Made by a program: the position numbers and the translations under genes. A stretch of DNA of 64,000 nt, from the NCBI GenBank assembly GCA_964016885.1, contig OZ024740.1, positions 226,858,001 to 226,922,000 of the forward strand, in the 5' to 3' direction. This stretch comes from Eledone cirrhosa (Eukaryota). Every line of letters starts with the position of its first letter. The stretch's first letter is position 1. Below the pieces are notes generated by a model that was not told where the DNA came from, ran no database searches, and was given only the letters and a program-made list of their open reading frames with translations. Positions 42,719-57,059 of the stretch are shown piece by piece.

Positions 42719-43370
42719 TTTTCTAAATTTCTATATTTACATCTTTGTGACTGTCTTAAAATAAGAAACATTTATTTATTTTCTTCCAATATTGATCAAG
42801 TATTCAATAGCAGAAAAATTCAATACAAAAGGAATAAGCAAATTCATAGAAAACATGACAAAATATATGTGAGTCACAGACCACATGGCAGCACCGACAC
42901 CGTTTTATATGCCTCTCAGCTACTGATGAGAATATATAAAAGACAAAATACTTGATTGTGAATGAAACAGGAAAATATACTCTAGATAGCAAAATAAAAA
43001 CCTTAGCAACCAATAAGAAAAAAATACAAATAAAAACTAACAAAGGTGTTATTTTATATTCTACCAAGCACACAAGGATTGAAGCGTGATGCAAATTTTT
43101 CTCATGCTTTAAACTACAAGTTGTTTTCACTCCCCGCTTCCTTTGCAAATTTGATCCTTCATTTTTGTTTTTGCTTTTGATTTCTCCCCCTTTGTGAATC
43201 TTTTTTTTTTTTTTTTGAAAGAGTAATGTTAAAAAAGTGAGAGAGAAGGAATTGATGAATTGATGTTGCTTGGCCTTCAGCAGCAAGATCAATATTCGTA
43301 GCAAAGCAATTGAAAAACCCCTTGGGAATTCACTATACAATTTATGAATATATTTCATTTTAAAACTCAC

Positions 43371-43390
43371 CGTTTGCTTCAGCCTCGAAG
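43371..43390 (-). CDS. Candidate 20-nt microexon CTTCGAGGCTGAAGCAAACG
   Basis: Strong donor G|gtgagt (43370-65); upstream pyrimidine-rich, AG-free tract ending ataaag|. Confidence 0.35.
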
Positions 43391-43675
43391 CTTTATATTT
43401 GATAATGTTATTTTTGGAAAAAGTATAAGTAGAGTATAGAAGAAATGCATTATGATGATATTATTGTCAAAGTAAGTGAGCAAAATGCTTTCTTTCCATA
43501 TATAAATATGTCTGTTGGCTTTCTGAGAGTGCTTACATCTATATGTGTGTCATATATATATATGTGTGTGTGTGTACGTGGGTTTATGGGTTTGTGTGTG
43601 TGTGTGTGTGTATCTGTGTATATATAGAAATATAGGCATATATGTATAAGAGATGGCTTTCTTTTGTAAAGTGAA

Positions 43676-43738
<63 letters not shown>

Positions 43739-45604
43739 TATTTATATATACATAAATATATAACTATGTGTGTGTGCATGTGTTATGATACATGTTTGCA
43801 TTTACATGTGTATGACTATAGAAATGTAGTTATACACATACATACACATACAGATAAAAAAAACATGAGATAGAGTGAAGGGGAGATGAAGAGTGAGAGC
43901 TAGAGAGAGAAAGAAAGAAAAGATAGGAAAGGCATTAATAAACTGGAATATGTGTTGCTATACTTTAGTTTATATAGATGAAAGCTACTATTTTGTAAAT
44001 GTGTTTTTTATTTGTAATTTCCATTGCCAATGGAAATAAAATAAAGTGAACATTTCGAGGTAATTTGCCAATAATAGAGTTTAATTCTTCACAAATTCCT
44101 TGGTGGATCACTGCTACCATTATTCTTAATTATCAATCATTGAGTTTTGTTCTCAAGTACAGTTTGGCAACAAACAATATGAAATTGTATGTTGTTAACT
44201 GAAAATGTGACAAGTTCTTTTGTTATTAATATTCTTAGAAATATAACTTCAAATATAAAAGTAAGTAAGGACACAGAAATGCTTATTAAATAATATTAAA
44301 CAGTGTATGTTTTTGGCAAGAAGAGTTTTTGATACGTAATTATAGCAATTACATTTTACTTACAATATAAAGTCATGTGTATTGCACCATTTCACTTTCA
44401 TCCTCAAAATAATGTAGTAAGAAAAAATATATTGACGTTTTATAATACGTCGTCTTGAATTCTTCCATTCAACAGTTTTCTAACATGTTTAAATGTTATA
44501 ACTATTAGTTATTTAGTGAGTCTGAAGGTAGTTGTATGGCAGATTTGTTAAAGGATCAAGTAATATTTGTTTCATCTGTCTACACAGAGTTGAAATTCCA
44601 CTAAGTTCCAATTTGCCTTTCATCCCATTTAGGGTTGATAAAGAAAGTACCAGCCTTGTGTTAATGCAGTCTTTTCTCCATTTAGTTGTTACATCCTGGC
44701 TGTTCTGCTAGATTTAGGATAAAGTGCTGAGTGTTTGTGACTTCTTGTGACCACATAAGTACCTAAACCCTTTGGTAAAAACATACTACCAAATCATTTG
44801 TAATTGCAAGAGACAGCTGTACTTATAGTTCTTGTTGCTTCATATCATTCAGAAATAATTATTTAAAAGCATGTTAAGCATTGTGTCTTCTACAGAGAGT
44901 TACAGCATTAAATGCATCAAGATTCGATCCATTTGTTACAGTACAAATGTATATGTAATTAATTTTAAAACTTAGAAGACTGTAACGAGCTAACTAGCCT
45001 TTTCATTAGCCAACTGATGTTTGAAACATTACTGAAGAAAAATGTCTGAAATAAAATTATGATGGAGGGTCTTAATATAAATATGAACATTTTAAAACCA
45101 GATCAATTGCAGGCAGTTTGGTATCAAAATGTTTAATGTCCTGATCTCTTAATCAATAGACTAACGACATGATTACACAGACATCATGTCCCATTGGATG
45201 AAATACTTAGAAAGACAGCTGGACATTTCAAAATATTTGTCTAGCTAGATAAATAGATGCAAACTTAGGTTTCTGGATTCATCTAACTAATCTTGATACA
45301 GGAACAAGTAAACATATTTTCTTTCTCTACATCACCTCTGCTTCAGTTTTGAAGCTTCACATTTGATAATGTTATTTGTGGAAAAACGAAAGTGACCACA
45401 ATGCTTCCTTTCCTTCTGATGGCTTTAAACACAGACAGATACACACACAAATATGCAAGCGTGAAAAAAACCTATGTAAAAACGATGATGATGATGATAT
45501 ATGTATATATGCATATATACATATATGTATATATATGTATATATATATATATATACATATATTAATTCTGGCAATATTACACAAATATGACCCTCCCCAA
45601 GTAT

Positions 45605-45643
<39 letters not shown>

Positions 45644-45821
45644 TACATATATACATATATAGGAGGTGCGTTTTATTGTAGTACAATAAAGCAATGCAGA
45701 TATCGGATAAGAAGCACTCTACAATTTGTAGGACTGGAGTATACATAATATATACATATATATATGTTGATTTAAAACTGCACTATTCACAAGTGTTTTT
45801 AACCTTCATATCATGTCTTCC

Positions 45822-45892
45822 TATTTTATCTGATGAAAACACAAATGTTATTGCATGATGATATTTGTTTTTGAAATGCGCATAATAAAATA
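45822..45892 (+). ncRNA. Minimal type-I hammerhead ribozyme fold (Penelope/retrozyme-like)
   Basis: Stem I TATTTTAT (45822-29) / ATAAAATA (45885-92); CTGATGA 45830-36; 36-nt stem II hairpin 45837-72 (about 15 pairs incl. G.U, one mismatch); GAAA 45873-76; palindromic stem III TGCGCA; UH = TA 45883-84. Confidence 0.8.
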
Positions 45893-45940
45893 CATGGAAC
45901 TCTTTTAACCATCTTTTGATCTTATATATTACATATATAC

Positions 45941-45976
<36 letters not shown>

Positions 45977-46314
45977 TTATGTATATAAATTATATATAGA
46001 TATAACTAGATAGCTTGATAGATTATATGTGTGAGGGTTATTGTATCACAGTGTGGCTAAGAAATTTATTTTGAAGTTACATGATTTTAAGTTAACACCC
46101 ATTGTGGGGTAATCTTTGCTCTACCAATGCATTGTTAGTGAACTAGTTAACCAGAAGTGGTTTGGATACTTGTAGTCCCCATTGTAAATGTGGTTGGCAT
46201 TAGGAAAGGCATCCAACCATAGAAACCAAGCCCCAAACAGTTTTGTATGAACAAGACATGGTCATCTGACCTGGCATGGCATAACTCACAATAGAACAAC
46301 TCGTCTAACCCATC

Positions 46315-46342
46315 TTGTCATCGAAAAATTGATGTTAAATGT

Positions 46343-46376
<34 letters not shown>

Positions 46377-46404
46377 ACATTTAACATCAATTTTTCGATG
46401 ACAA
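46315..46404. repeat. Perfect 90-bp palindrome centred on (AT)n
   Basis: ttgtcatcgaaaaattgatgttaaatgttga-(TA)n-tcaacatttaacatcaatttttcgatgacaa. Confidence 0.95.
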
Positions 46405-47723
46405 TATGTATATATATATATATATATACATATCCAAAATTAAATTAAGGGTGTCATGTCTGAGAGACATGCACCATATATATACACATATACATATACA
46501 TACATATGTTTCATGTGTGCACTTGTCTGTCTACCTAACTTCACACTGGCCCTGTTTAAAGCAAGCAGTGATGTTTAGTTCAATGAAAGTCAGCAAGCTA
46601 TACCACAGTTTAAAAAGTACAGGATAAGTCAGCATCATTAAGGGTACTTGGCTATAGGAAAAAACTACTTCAAAAGGCTTCATGCAACCCAACCCAGGCA
46701 GGAAAATCAAGTGTGAAAACAATGATGATGATGGTGGTGGTGGTGGTGGTGGTGATGGTGATGAGGTGGAGGATGCTGACTTTTTTTTTTCTATGCTATC
46801 TTGACTGGAATTGATTTTATAAATTTGAAATTTTGCACACTGTTGGAGCAATTATTTATAGACTGTCTAGATGTTTAATCAGTAAACAACTTAATCCTGA
46901 TATATCAGTTAATACCTATTGGTACTTTTTTCTATTGCTTCAAAAGATTGCTATACAAAATATTTCTAGGTAAGGAATTGTTTTTGTATTCATTAGCTAA
47001 TACCAATTGAACAGTATTCTAAATTAAAGATCAAATAAATATATACTGGTAACAACCTTATCTTGAACATTATACACTGACGTGCCAAGATTTTATCAAC
47101 TTGAAACAATTTAGCATTTTCATGCACCAAGCAGTTACATGTTTCTTCTTGATTAGGTGTTTTTAGTTTTAAAATGTTCTTAAAAGTGAAGGGTGGGAAG
47201 TGTAACACAATTTATTTTTGCAGACACTATGATTTTTAGATGTTGTTAACCCAATATAATCAAAGACAGATTTTTAGAAACCTGTTTCACTACTTCATAA
47301 AATCTATATCTTTTACACCATCTCCTTTTTATACCTCTCATATTCCTTTCCCCACTTCCATTAAATCATCTTAAAATATTGGCTCAGGTTCTTCAAACAT
47401 CAATTGCAGTCCAAGATTCAACAAACTGGCATAGTTGTAGCCTTCCACATGTAAACATATTTAGTTTTGGCAACATGTCTTTTTTTTAAATTATAATTTA
47501 GATAGATATAGTGTTCTATATTAGTAAGAATCTCTTTCACCCTTATTGACTTCTAGTGCAAGCTACTCAGCAAAAACCCACCATTCACTAATCACTAAGT
47601 GTTGCTTGCATTCATATCGACCATCTACATAATTATTTTTACTTATGTTCCACTTTCTAGTAATAAAATTTCATATTAAGTCAATTCTTAACATTGAGAA
47701 TGTCCTAATTTCAAAAAGAAGCC

Positions 47724-48239
47724 ATCATCATTATCACTCTTATCAGCATCATCATCATTACTCCAACATCATCATAATCTTCATCACAACCATCATCACT
47801 GCCCTCATCATCATCATCATCACCATCACCCTCATTATCATCATCATCATCATCATCATCATCACCCTAATCATCATCATCATCATCATCACCCTCATTA
47901 TCATCATCATCATCATCGTCATCATCATCATCATCATCATCATCATCACCATCACCCTAACCATCATCGTCATCATCATCATCACCCTCATCAGCATCAT
48001 GATATCCTGATCATCATCATCATCATCTTCATCACAACTATCATCTTCATTATCACCATGCCCCTCATCAGAATCATGATAATTACTACACCATCATCAT
48101 CATCATTATCATCATCTTCAACACAACCATTATCATTGTCATCACCCTCATCATCATCACCATCATCATCACCATCATTATCTCTATCACTTTCATCATC
48201 ACCATCCTCACCATCATCCCTATCATTATTACCATCACC

Positions 48240-48285
<46 letters not shown>

Positions 48286-48430
48286 CCATCACCTTCATTA
48301 TGATCATTACTCCACCACCATCATCATCATCATTATCATCATCTTCATCACATCCATTATCATCATCATCTCCATTACACTCATAACCACATCCATTCTC
48401 ATATTATCATCACTGCCATCCTCATCTTCA
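47724..48430. repeat. Long degenerate (ATC)n microsatellite
   Basis: Direct reading. Confidence 0.95.
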
Positions 48431-48689
48431 ATCCCATTATCTCTAATATTTTATTATTCTTGTAGTTGTTGTTGTTGTTACTGTTGATGGTATATTTAGA
48501 TTTATTTTACTGGCATATATATTTATATTTTTTATAATTTCCTTTTTTTACTTCAATGTTTTGCACTTTGAAATTGGAGAGGAAATCTTGCAAGTTATTT
48601 TTGATTATGAACAGCATTGAAGTTTATTATGAAAATATATAAATATATTGCCTAAGTACAAAGCGAAACCTACAGTCAGTAGGCACCTC

Positions 48690-49044
48690 TTAACCAAAAT
48701 ACACCCCCGTCCCACTACCCCTACCCCCACCGCCAACTACACGACCCCTTTCGATGTAAAGCTATGTTGGTACCACAACATCCAGTCCTAAATAAATGAG
48801 GTTGTGTAGGTGTCACAACAAAAGAAACACACAGTCCACGCTGTAATGTGGCCGTGTAGGTAACGCGGTAAAAACCTCCCAGGCCACTCTGTAAGCGTGG
48901 TTGGTGTTAGGAAGGGCATCCAGCCATAGAAAACCCGCCAGACAGTCCTGAGCAAGACAACCAATCTTGCCTCAAGTGGGACAATTCCCGTCCAGACCCA
49001 TGCTAGCGTGGAAGATGGACGTTAAATGATGATGATGATGATGA
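48690..49044 (+). mobile_element. RTE 3' UTR copy
   Basis: Reverse complement of the 36541-36870 family, ends in (GAT)n. Confidence 0.8.
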
Positions 49045-51223
49045 TATATATGTGTGTGTGTGTGTGTGCACATATGCGTTTGTAAAAATACACATGTGTG
49101 CGTGTATATAAGTACATATGTGTGTGAATAAATGTGCATATGTGTGTATGTATATATATGTGCATATATATGTGTGTATATATGTGTATATATATATATA
49201 TATGTGTATATATATCTGAGTATATATGTGTGTGTATACGTCAATACTCATATTTTTCCATTTCTCCGAGGGTTCTTAACCCCACTATCAGGCTAAATAA
49301 CTTCTTTAATTTCTTTAGTCAAAATACGGCGATAGCTTACATTTATAATAATTTCAAACCCGCTCACTGTTTCGAAAAATATTCTTACTTTATATATATA
49401 TATATATATGTGGGTGTGTATGTATATATGCAAAAATAAAGAAGCAAATGACACAGTACAATGAAGAAATATATTATTAGTTTTACACTTGATATAGACA
49501 CTCGTGCACACACAAGAGGAATATGAGTTATTGCTTGAAAATAACCTTTCCCTTATATTAATGAAAGATATCGGTTCTTTTGTAAGACCACAACCCTCAT
49601 TTTCTTTTAATGATGTTTGTACAAGTCTCCTTTTTGAGAAGAAGCAAGAATGAACCCTAGTGTATAACTGGTAGTCATTTGGTCAACATAGAATAAACAA
49701 AGTAGAAAGTATTTCTATGAATATATCAATAGGAAGCCAGTGATGAGAAGAAAAATGATTGTATATTTTTAAGTGATAAAGATTAGTAAAACTCTTAGTT
49801 GTTTGTGGGTAGGAATAGCTGTAAATGTATCACTGGGGTAATGTTTGACGAAGTACCAAGCTTCAGATATTTATGAAAGATTTAGAAATGAGACTGTGTG
49901 ATGTTTGAACCTTTTTCATTTCTTCCCCTTTTTGGAGTGGTCATCCAACTGAAGAAACTGTGCCAAAAAGCTGTGTCTAGATGTCTAGAACATGACAACC
50001 ACTTTAGTGATGGTGTCATGATGAAATGCACCCAGTATACTCTGCAAAGTGGTTGACATTACGAAGGTCATCCAGCTATATAAATGGTACCCAAAATGCA
50101 ACGTATTGAGCAAAGCATGGTTCCCCCGATCCATCTAGAAGGACATTCTGGTTCGAAATGATCATCCAACCCTTGCCAACATGGAAAATGAATATAAAAT
50201 AATGATGATTGGCTATGAGTAAAAAACAAAAAGAAAAGAAAAATGAAAGATTCAATTCGTTGGGAGAATCTTTTTCAAATTCTTTTTCCCATGGTTGCAT
50301 AAATGAAATAGTTTATTTGTTGTAACAAAAGAGTTTTACAGTTGCACTTTCATTAGGGATGGAATTTGTTTTGTTTATTCAAACAAATTAAAGCCAACAG
50401 ATTTTTGTGCCTTGTTCAAGGCTAACAACACAATAGCAGCAGCAACATCTGATCTTATGGTTATGTGATCAATAAACCGTTACCTCACAGCCCTTGTGTC
50501 TCCTCAATAATAATGATAAAACTACTCACAACGATGACCATGATATTACAACTGTATTGTAATTGTAACAAAGCCATTATATTGGACACAAATAAATACA
50601 ATATAAATAAAAGAACAACATTTGTCTCATAGAAGTTATTCATTCTAAATATATTTCCAGTGTACTGTTTATACAAATTAAATTTATTATTTCAATCTAG
50701 AATGAATATGCTCTGAGAATAGTTTAAATGGAACACTATTAATAGTCTTAAATGTAATTTTAAATTAAAGAACATTTTCAAAAACTAACTGAAACATATT
50801 TAAAATTACAAGAAGAACAACAACAATAATATCTTTAAAAATATGAAGACTTGTTTGTAAATTAATATTAGACAACAGAAACAGTAGCATAAAGAATACA
50901 AGCCAATGTACTAATGCTGACATTTTTTGGTCGTTAATATTGTTGTTGTTATTATTACCATTATTATTATCATTACTATTGCTATCGTTAATTTTTGTAA
51001 ATCTCAGAAACTTATATGTTAAAAGATCTGGCTATTTCAGTAAGGGTGCGAGTTGACAAAGATCCTTCACTACATCATCTCCTGTGTCTTATATAGACAA
51101 GACTTTCCTTAAAATCCTTGCTGTACAAAGAAGAAATCTTCTTCGTGACATTATTATTATTGCCTTTCATCTTTATGGGGACCGATAAAATAAAGCACCA
51201 GTAATGTACTGGGGTCGATTTAA

Positions 51224-51288
<65 letters not shown>

Positions 51289-51743
51289 CAAAAGTAAATT
51301 GAAATGATAATATCTGGATTTCATTGTTCTGTAAAAGCTCAATGGAAGTAAGGTTTGAATATATATATATATACATTGTTATACTTTGGGAGGGTCATGT
51401 TGCCAATAAAAACACATGCACCTATTGGTTTTCACTTCAATTTATTATAGATTTCTGGTTGGGGGTAGGTTGGTTGGTACAATAACTGGAAGGTTGTTTA
51501 TATATTGTCAAAGCTCTTTCGTCACACATTCTGTGACCTCCTCAGTGACTAGGTTATTTATTTTTTGTGTCTCTCCATTGTTCTGTCCTACACCATTTTG
51601 TTTTTTCAGATAATAAATCTTGCATAACAAATTCAAAAACGAATTATATATATATGTGTGTGTATATATATATATAGTGTTGAAACAGCAAAAGCTCAGC
51701 CATCAAGCCTCAACTCTCTATAATAATATAAACACACACACAC

Positions 51744-51785
<42 letters not shown>

Positions 51786-53094
51786 AATGGGAATGATGAT
51801 AATTAGAATAATATAAAAACATAAAACCTAATATTTAGACATTACTGTCTTTGGAAAGAAAATTTTCTTCTGTTTTCATGTATTTAATTAATTTTTTTTT
51901 TTTTCAAATTTCAGTATTGATTAATATTATATTGTAACCTAGAAACAAATGCAGTGGAATAGAAACTGCCATCCAGTAGCTTATTACATTTCACATGTGA
52001 CTAATCATCACCGATAGTTACAAGAAACAAGAAATAAATATGTTCAGCGAGAGTAAACTGCTTATTACATACATGCAAAATATATGTAGAGTGTGAAGAA
52101 TTGTGTCAAATTACCAATATTATAAAACTGACAGAGATGAGGAAAACAGGCATGTTTTCTTGATATTAAATGTTTTAAGTGTGTCGAGTTGCCACATTGT
52201 CACACAGCGACTAGCTATGATAACTACGAGAACATCAACATCCAAGTGAGAGCATGCTTAGCTACCTGCTGTGTTAATCTTCAGGAAACGTGACAATGTG
52301 GGTTTCTACATGAAGGAAATTTCAACTGCAGCCGTGCACACATGCATGACACAATTAGTTAAAGCAGTTCTCGTGACGTGAAACAGACATGTCTTATTTA
52401 AACTACATATACATGAAAACATGGACAAATGCAAACATAAATACATATAGAGAAACTCATATAAATGTAAACATAGTTATGTAAAGAGAAACATGTACAC
52501 ATACAAATATAGACACAATACATACTACACATACAAATTCAAACGTACTCGCATACACAAAAACACATAGAAATCCAAACATACACACGTACACTAAAAC
52601 ACATACAAATGCAAATATGCACACATACAAATAAATGCAAATGTACACACATACGCAAAAATGCATATGAAGGAAATCATACACACATACACAAAATAAC
52701 ATCCAAATGCAAACATACACACAGCACATACTGCATGTACAAAAAGCAAGTAAAGTGCTTGCACGTGTGCATGAGTTAAAATATACTTTAGTGTACATAA
52801 AGAGGGGAAATATTATCTTATTTGAATTTAGAGAAATATGTTAATTGAATGTAATAATCCCCTGAAGGCGAAAAAAATTACCAAAATTATATTTCAATAC
52901 ACTTCAACTACTGCATTTAATGTATATTATTTCAAACATTTGATATAGCAATGTAAATGAATTATGTATATATATATATACACTGTATAATATATATATA
53001 TACAGTCATATACATTCATATATCCACACATTGTTATCATTTACATGCACGCACATATATATTTACATACACACACATGTGTGTGTATATGTAT

Positions 53095-53131
<37 letters not shown>

Positions 53132-53402
53132 CACACATACATATATACATTATTATTTACATATATATATATATTGTAAAGTGGTTATGTAGGTGTCACA
53201 ACAAAAAGCACCCAGCATACACTTTAAATGTGTTTAGCATTAGGAAGGGCATCCAGCTTTAGAAACGAAGCCCAAATCACTTTTTTGTGAGCAAAACACG
53301 GTCCTCCGAACTGATCTCTCACAAAGTGACAGCCTGTCCTATCCATGCTAGCATGGGAAATGGACAATAAAGATGATGATGATGATGACGATGATATATA
53401 TA

Positions 53403-53484
<82 letters not shown>

Positions 53485-53715
53485 ACATATTATTTATCGA
53501 TAGATAGAAAGCTAAATAGATGTGAATAAAAGGAAAAAATTACTCTGACATATTAGTTAATAAAAAATATAACAATGACAATGTTAATTGTTTCTAACAA
53601 AAAAATCGGGGTGGAATTAAGATGATTTGATTGATCCTAGTACTTGACTGATACTATGGTTCATTGATTTCCAGAAGGATAAAAGGAAAATTGACTTTTG
53701 CAAGATTAATAATAA

Positions 53716-54163
53716 TGATTGTTTCTACTTTTGGCACAAGGCCAGCAATTTGAAGGGAAGTGGGAAAATCAACCCCAGATTAAATCAACCCCAGTACATT
53801 ACTGGTACTTTATTTTATTGACCCCATAAGGATGAAAGACAAAGCTAACCTCAGCAGGATTTGAACTCAGAATATAAAAGGTCCTAACTATATACCACAA
53901 AGCATGTTCTCTGACAGTATACCAATACTGTCAATCCATTATAATAATTGTTTCCACTTTTGACACAAGGCCAGCAATTTAAGGGGAAGAGAAAAGTTGA
54001 TTAAATCGACTCAGTATGTTAATGGTACTTTATTCTATCTAACCCGTGAAGATGAAAGGCCAAACTAATATTAATGAGAGTTGAACTCAAAATGTTAAAA
54101 AGCCATTATTAAATGACACAAAGCAATTTGACCATCACTCTGACAATTCTGCCAATCAATCAC
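53716..54163 (-). mobile_element. Two tandem older SINEs
   Basis: Tail and core motifs start at 53716 and 53945. Confidence 0.8.
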
Positions 54164-55319
54164 CCTTACTGCTCTTTTAATAATGATAATATTAATAATT
54201 TTTTACATCACCATCATTACTCTGAGTTTCATATTACCACATGCAAATATGTTACATTGAAAAGCAGTATTATTAAACATTTCCAATAAAACACCAGTAA
54301 TACACTGGGATAATTGCTGGCCTTGTGCCAAAAGTAGAAACAATTATTAAACATTTCCATGCTTGCATGGGTTAGATATGTCATGTTCTGAGGTTAGACA
54401 GATTAGATGACTATGTCTCACTCATATATTCCATTCTGGTATGCTTTCTGTGGCATGTACCGGGTCATTTTATTGTGGCACCACCACTACTACCTGTCAG
54501 GTGTAGGATTTGTACATTTTGTCATGACATCAGCCCCACCACTTTAGAGAGATGAGCTGAGTGTATTCAATTGTGCCACCAGCACTACCACATTTCAACA
54601 CTGGGGCACATTCATTTTGTCCTTGCTTGCATGAGTTAGACAGTCTCCCACTCGTCTCTTTCCCTTTTCAACTATTTTGCAAAGTTTAGCATCTTGAAAT
54701 CTGCTTACTTCTGTTATCTTTTCCTCCCACGTGGAACTCCTGGCCTTTCGCTGATCAATCATCATCATCCTTATGCATTATCCATGTCTATAGCAACATA
54801 ACCTTCTCTCTTCAGGAAGAGAAAGAGTCAGAGAGTGGGAAATGGAAAGATATGTGAACACATAAGTGAACACACATAGAGACAGGCTCATACATATACA
54901 AACACACATACACTGACACAGGCTCATACATACGCAAACACGCATGCATAAACAGATAAATGGATTGGCAAACATGCATGTGTGAGTGTGTATGTATGTG
55001 TGTGTGCACAGGTGTGTGTATATATGTTTGTGTCTGCATGTATGTGTATATGTGTGTGTACGTGTGTTTGTGTATGTGTGACATGTTTGCATTTGTGTTT
55101 ACTCTGGTCTAAAATTTGTAGTATACTAAAGTATCCTTTTTTATTTGATAAGCAAGTGTTCAAACAAATAGAGATGAATAAAATAAATACTAGACTGAAG
55201 TGAGTAAATAGAGTTGATAGGATAATCTAAACCCTTGAAGGCACTGCTCCAGCATGGTCGCAGCCCAATGAATGAAACGAGTAACAATGAAAGTAAAAGA
55301 AGAATATGATACAAATAAA

Positions 55320-55655
55320 ATAGATAAATATGTAGATATGTAGGTGAATAGATATGTAAATAGGTTATTAGATAGGTAGATAGCTATATATGTAGATAGG
55401 AAGACAGGTTTGGTAGGAATGTATAGAGGTGGATAGGTAGATAGATAGGAAGTTAGGTAAACAGGTAACTAGATGGGTAAGTATGTATGTAGGTAGATAT
55501 TTAGGTAGATAAGTAGGTAGGTATGTAGGTATGTAGGTATGTAGATAGTTAGGTAGGTAAGTAGGTAGGTATATATGTAGGTAGGTAGGTAGGTAGATAG
55601 GAAATTAGATAGGTAAACAGGTAGTTAGATTCATAGGTAAGTAGCTAGGCAGGTA
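55320..55655. repeat. Degenerate (AGGT/AGAT)n tetranucleotide array
   Basis: Direct reading. Confidence 0.9.
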
Positions 55656-55838
55656 AATTTGTTGATTGATTTGCAGAAATTCAGGTATAAAAACAGAAGA
55701 GAAAGGGGTCAATCCAGGACACAAGTGTTTATTCAGGTTATTCAGGTGACGTAGAAATTAAAAAATTTTTTTTACTTTTTAATCAGGGAAGGAAAGTCAG
55801 TGACTCTGATTTTTTTCAACACCTCCAAGACTGGTAGG

Positions 55839-56110
55839 GGGAGTTAAAAAGGATTTGGAACTGCTATGAAATCAAGGTCGTCCCGATTGTCATAGGTGCA
55901 CTAGGTACTATCTCAAAGAGTTTCCAAGGATGGTTAAAGAAGATTAGTCCAGCCCCACTTTTTGGAACACTTCAAAAGGCATGCTTGCTGGGAACAGCAA
56001 GAACTCTCCGATACATCCTGAATATCTGAGGCTGCAGGTAGTGGCTTGATATTCATTTCAACAAAGTTTCCAGTTAAATAACATCAATGACTGAGACTCA
56101 AAGAACAATA
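55839..56110 (+). mobile_element. Second truncated copy of the R4/Dong element
   Basis: Near-identical to 31636-31905; (AAT)n tail. Confidence 0.92.
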
Positions 56111-56115
56111 ACAAC

Positions 56116-56144
<29 letters not shown>

Positions 56145-56146
<2 letters not shown>

Positions 56147-56617
56147 CTTTCTTTATTAACCACAAGGGTTTACACAAAGTAGACATTAAGGACAGTACAG
56201 GACAATACAGGTTGGTACAAATGGGCATTTCTGCGTGTAAAAAAATAAAAAAAAACAGAGGATGTAATAAAAGAACAATGAAAAATTCCCCAATAGGGTG
56301 GAGACTTCCGAGGGCCATCGTGAAGAAAGCCCATTAAAAAAGCCACTGTGACCCTGACCACCAAGGCAATTGTCCTCTCCCAGTTTTCCACCTTCAATTT
56401 ACAGGCACATACTCAGAGTAGGTCCACTCACTCGGGCCATTCTTGCCTCTCTCACCCATCTTTGGGAAGAGAGCACCTACCTCTCTACCCTGATTTTTCT
56501 TTTCAAATGAAATTGGAAAAAGTTAATCAGGGCATCACCGAAGAGGTAAGTGCTCGACTTCAGCCTTTTCAGACGCGTCCACCATACTATCTCTTTCGCC
56601 ATGGCCACCAGACAGAT
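56145..56617 (-). mobile_element. Tx1/L1-clade LINE 3' fragment
   Basis: CLVAMAKEIVWWTRLK...LINFFQFHLKRKIRVER C-terminal motif; 3' UTR ends AATAAAGAAA-(ATT)n. Confidence 0.75.
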
Positions 56618-56635
56618 TAATAATAATAATAATAT

Positions 56636-57052
56636 TTTCTTTTTCTTTATTGACCACAAAAGTTGACACAAAGTATAACATTAAGGACGGTACAAATGAG
56701 CATTTTTTGTGTGTAAAAACAAATACATAAAACAAAAACAAAGGATGTAACAGAAAAAAATGAAACAAAGGAAAATTCTTCAATAGTGGGGAGACCTCCA
56801 AGGGTCACTCATAGAGAAAACCCATTAAAAAACTCACGCTGGACTCAGTTGATAGCAGAATCCATCCTACATGTGACAGCAGGTGTTCAATATAAACCCA
56901 CAAGTCAGCAATGCTCAGACTCTGGACCAGTGCATGCAGGATGGTTTTGTCACCCTGCTTACATCTAGGACAAGTCCAGCTGATGGCACTTCTATGCCTG
57001 TAGAGTTTATCCCAAACTGGCAAAGCTCCCCGGTAGCACTACAAGGCCAGGG
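56636..57052 (-). mobile_element. Tx1/L1-clade LINE fragment, internally deleted
   Basis: LPVWDKL...CPRC..KTILHALVQ (CCHC knuckle) joined to the same 3' UTR as 56145-56345. Confidence 0.75.
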
Positions 57053-57059
57053 ATAATAA

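Noticed and set aside
42326-42955. 209-aa Thr/Ala-rich mucin-like ORF
   Set aside because: Pure (ACT/GCT)n with single-codon usage, open in several frames.
42804-43370. 188-aa minus ORF
   Set aside because: Starts at a splice-donor GTG, crosses a poly-A run, no recognisable domain; not fully excluded as an intron read-through tail.
55677-55684. 8-nt AAATTCAG between cag and gtataa, similar to AAATCCAG at 14241
   Set aside because: Weak donor and pyrimidine tract; likely chance.
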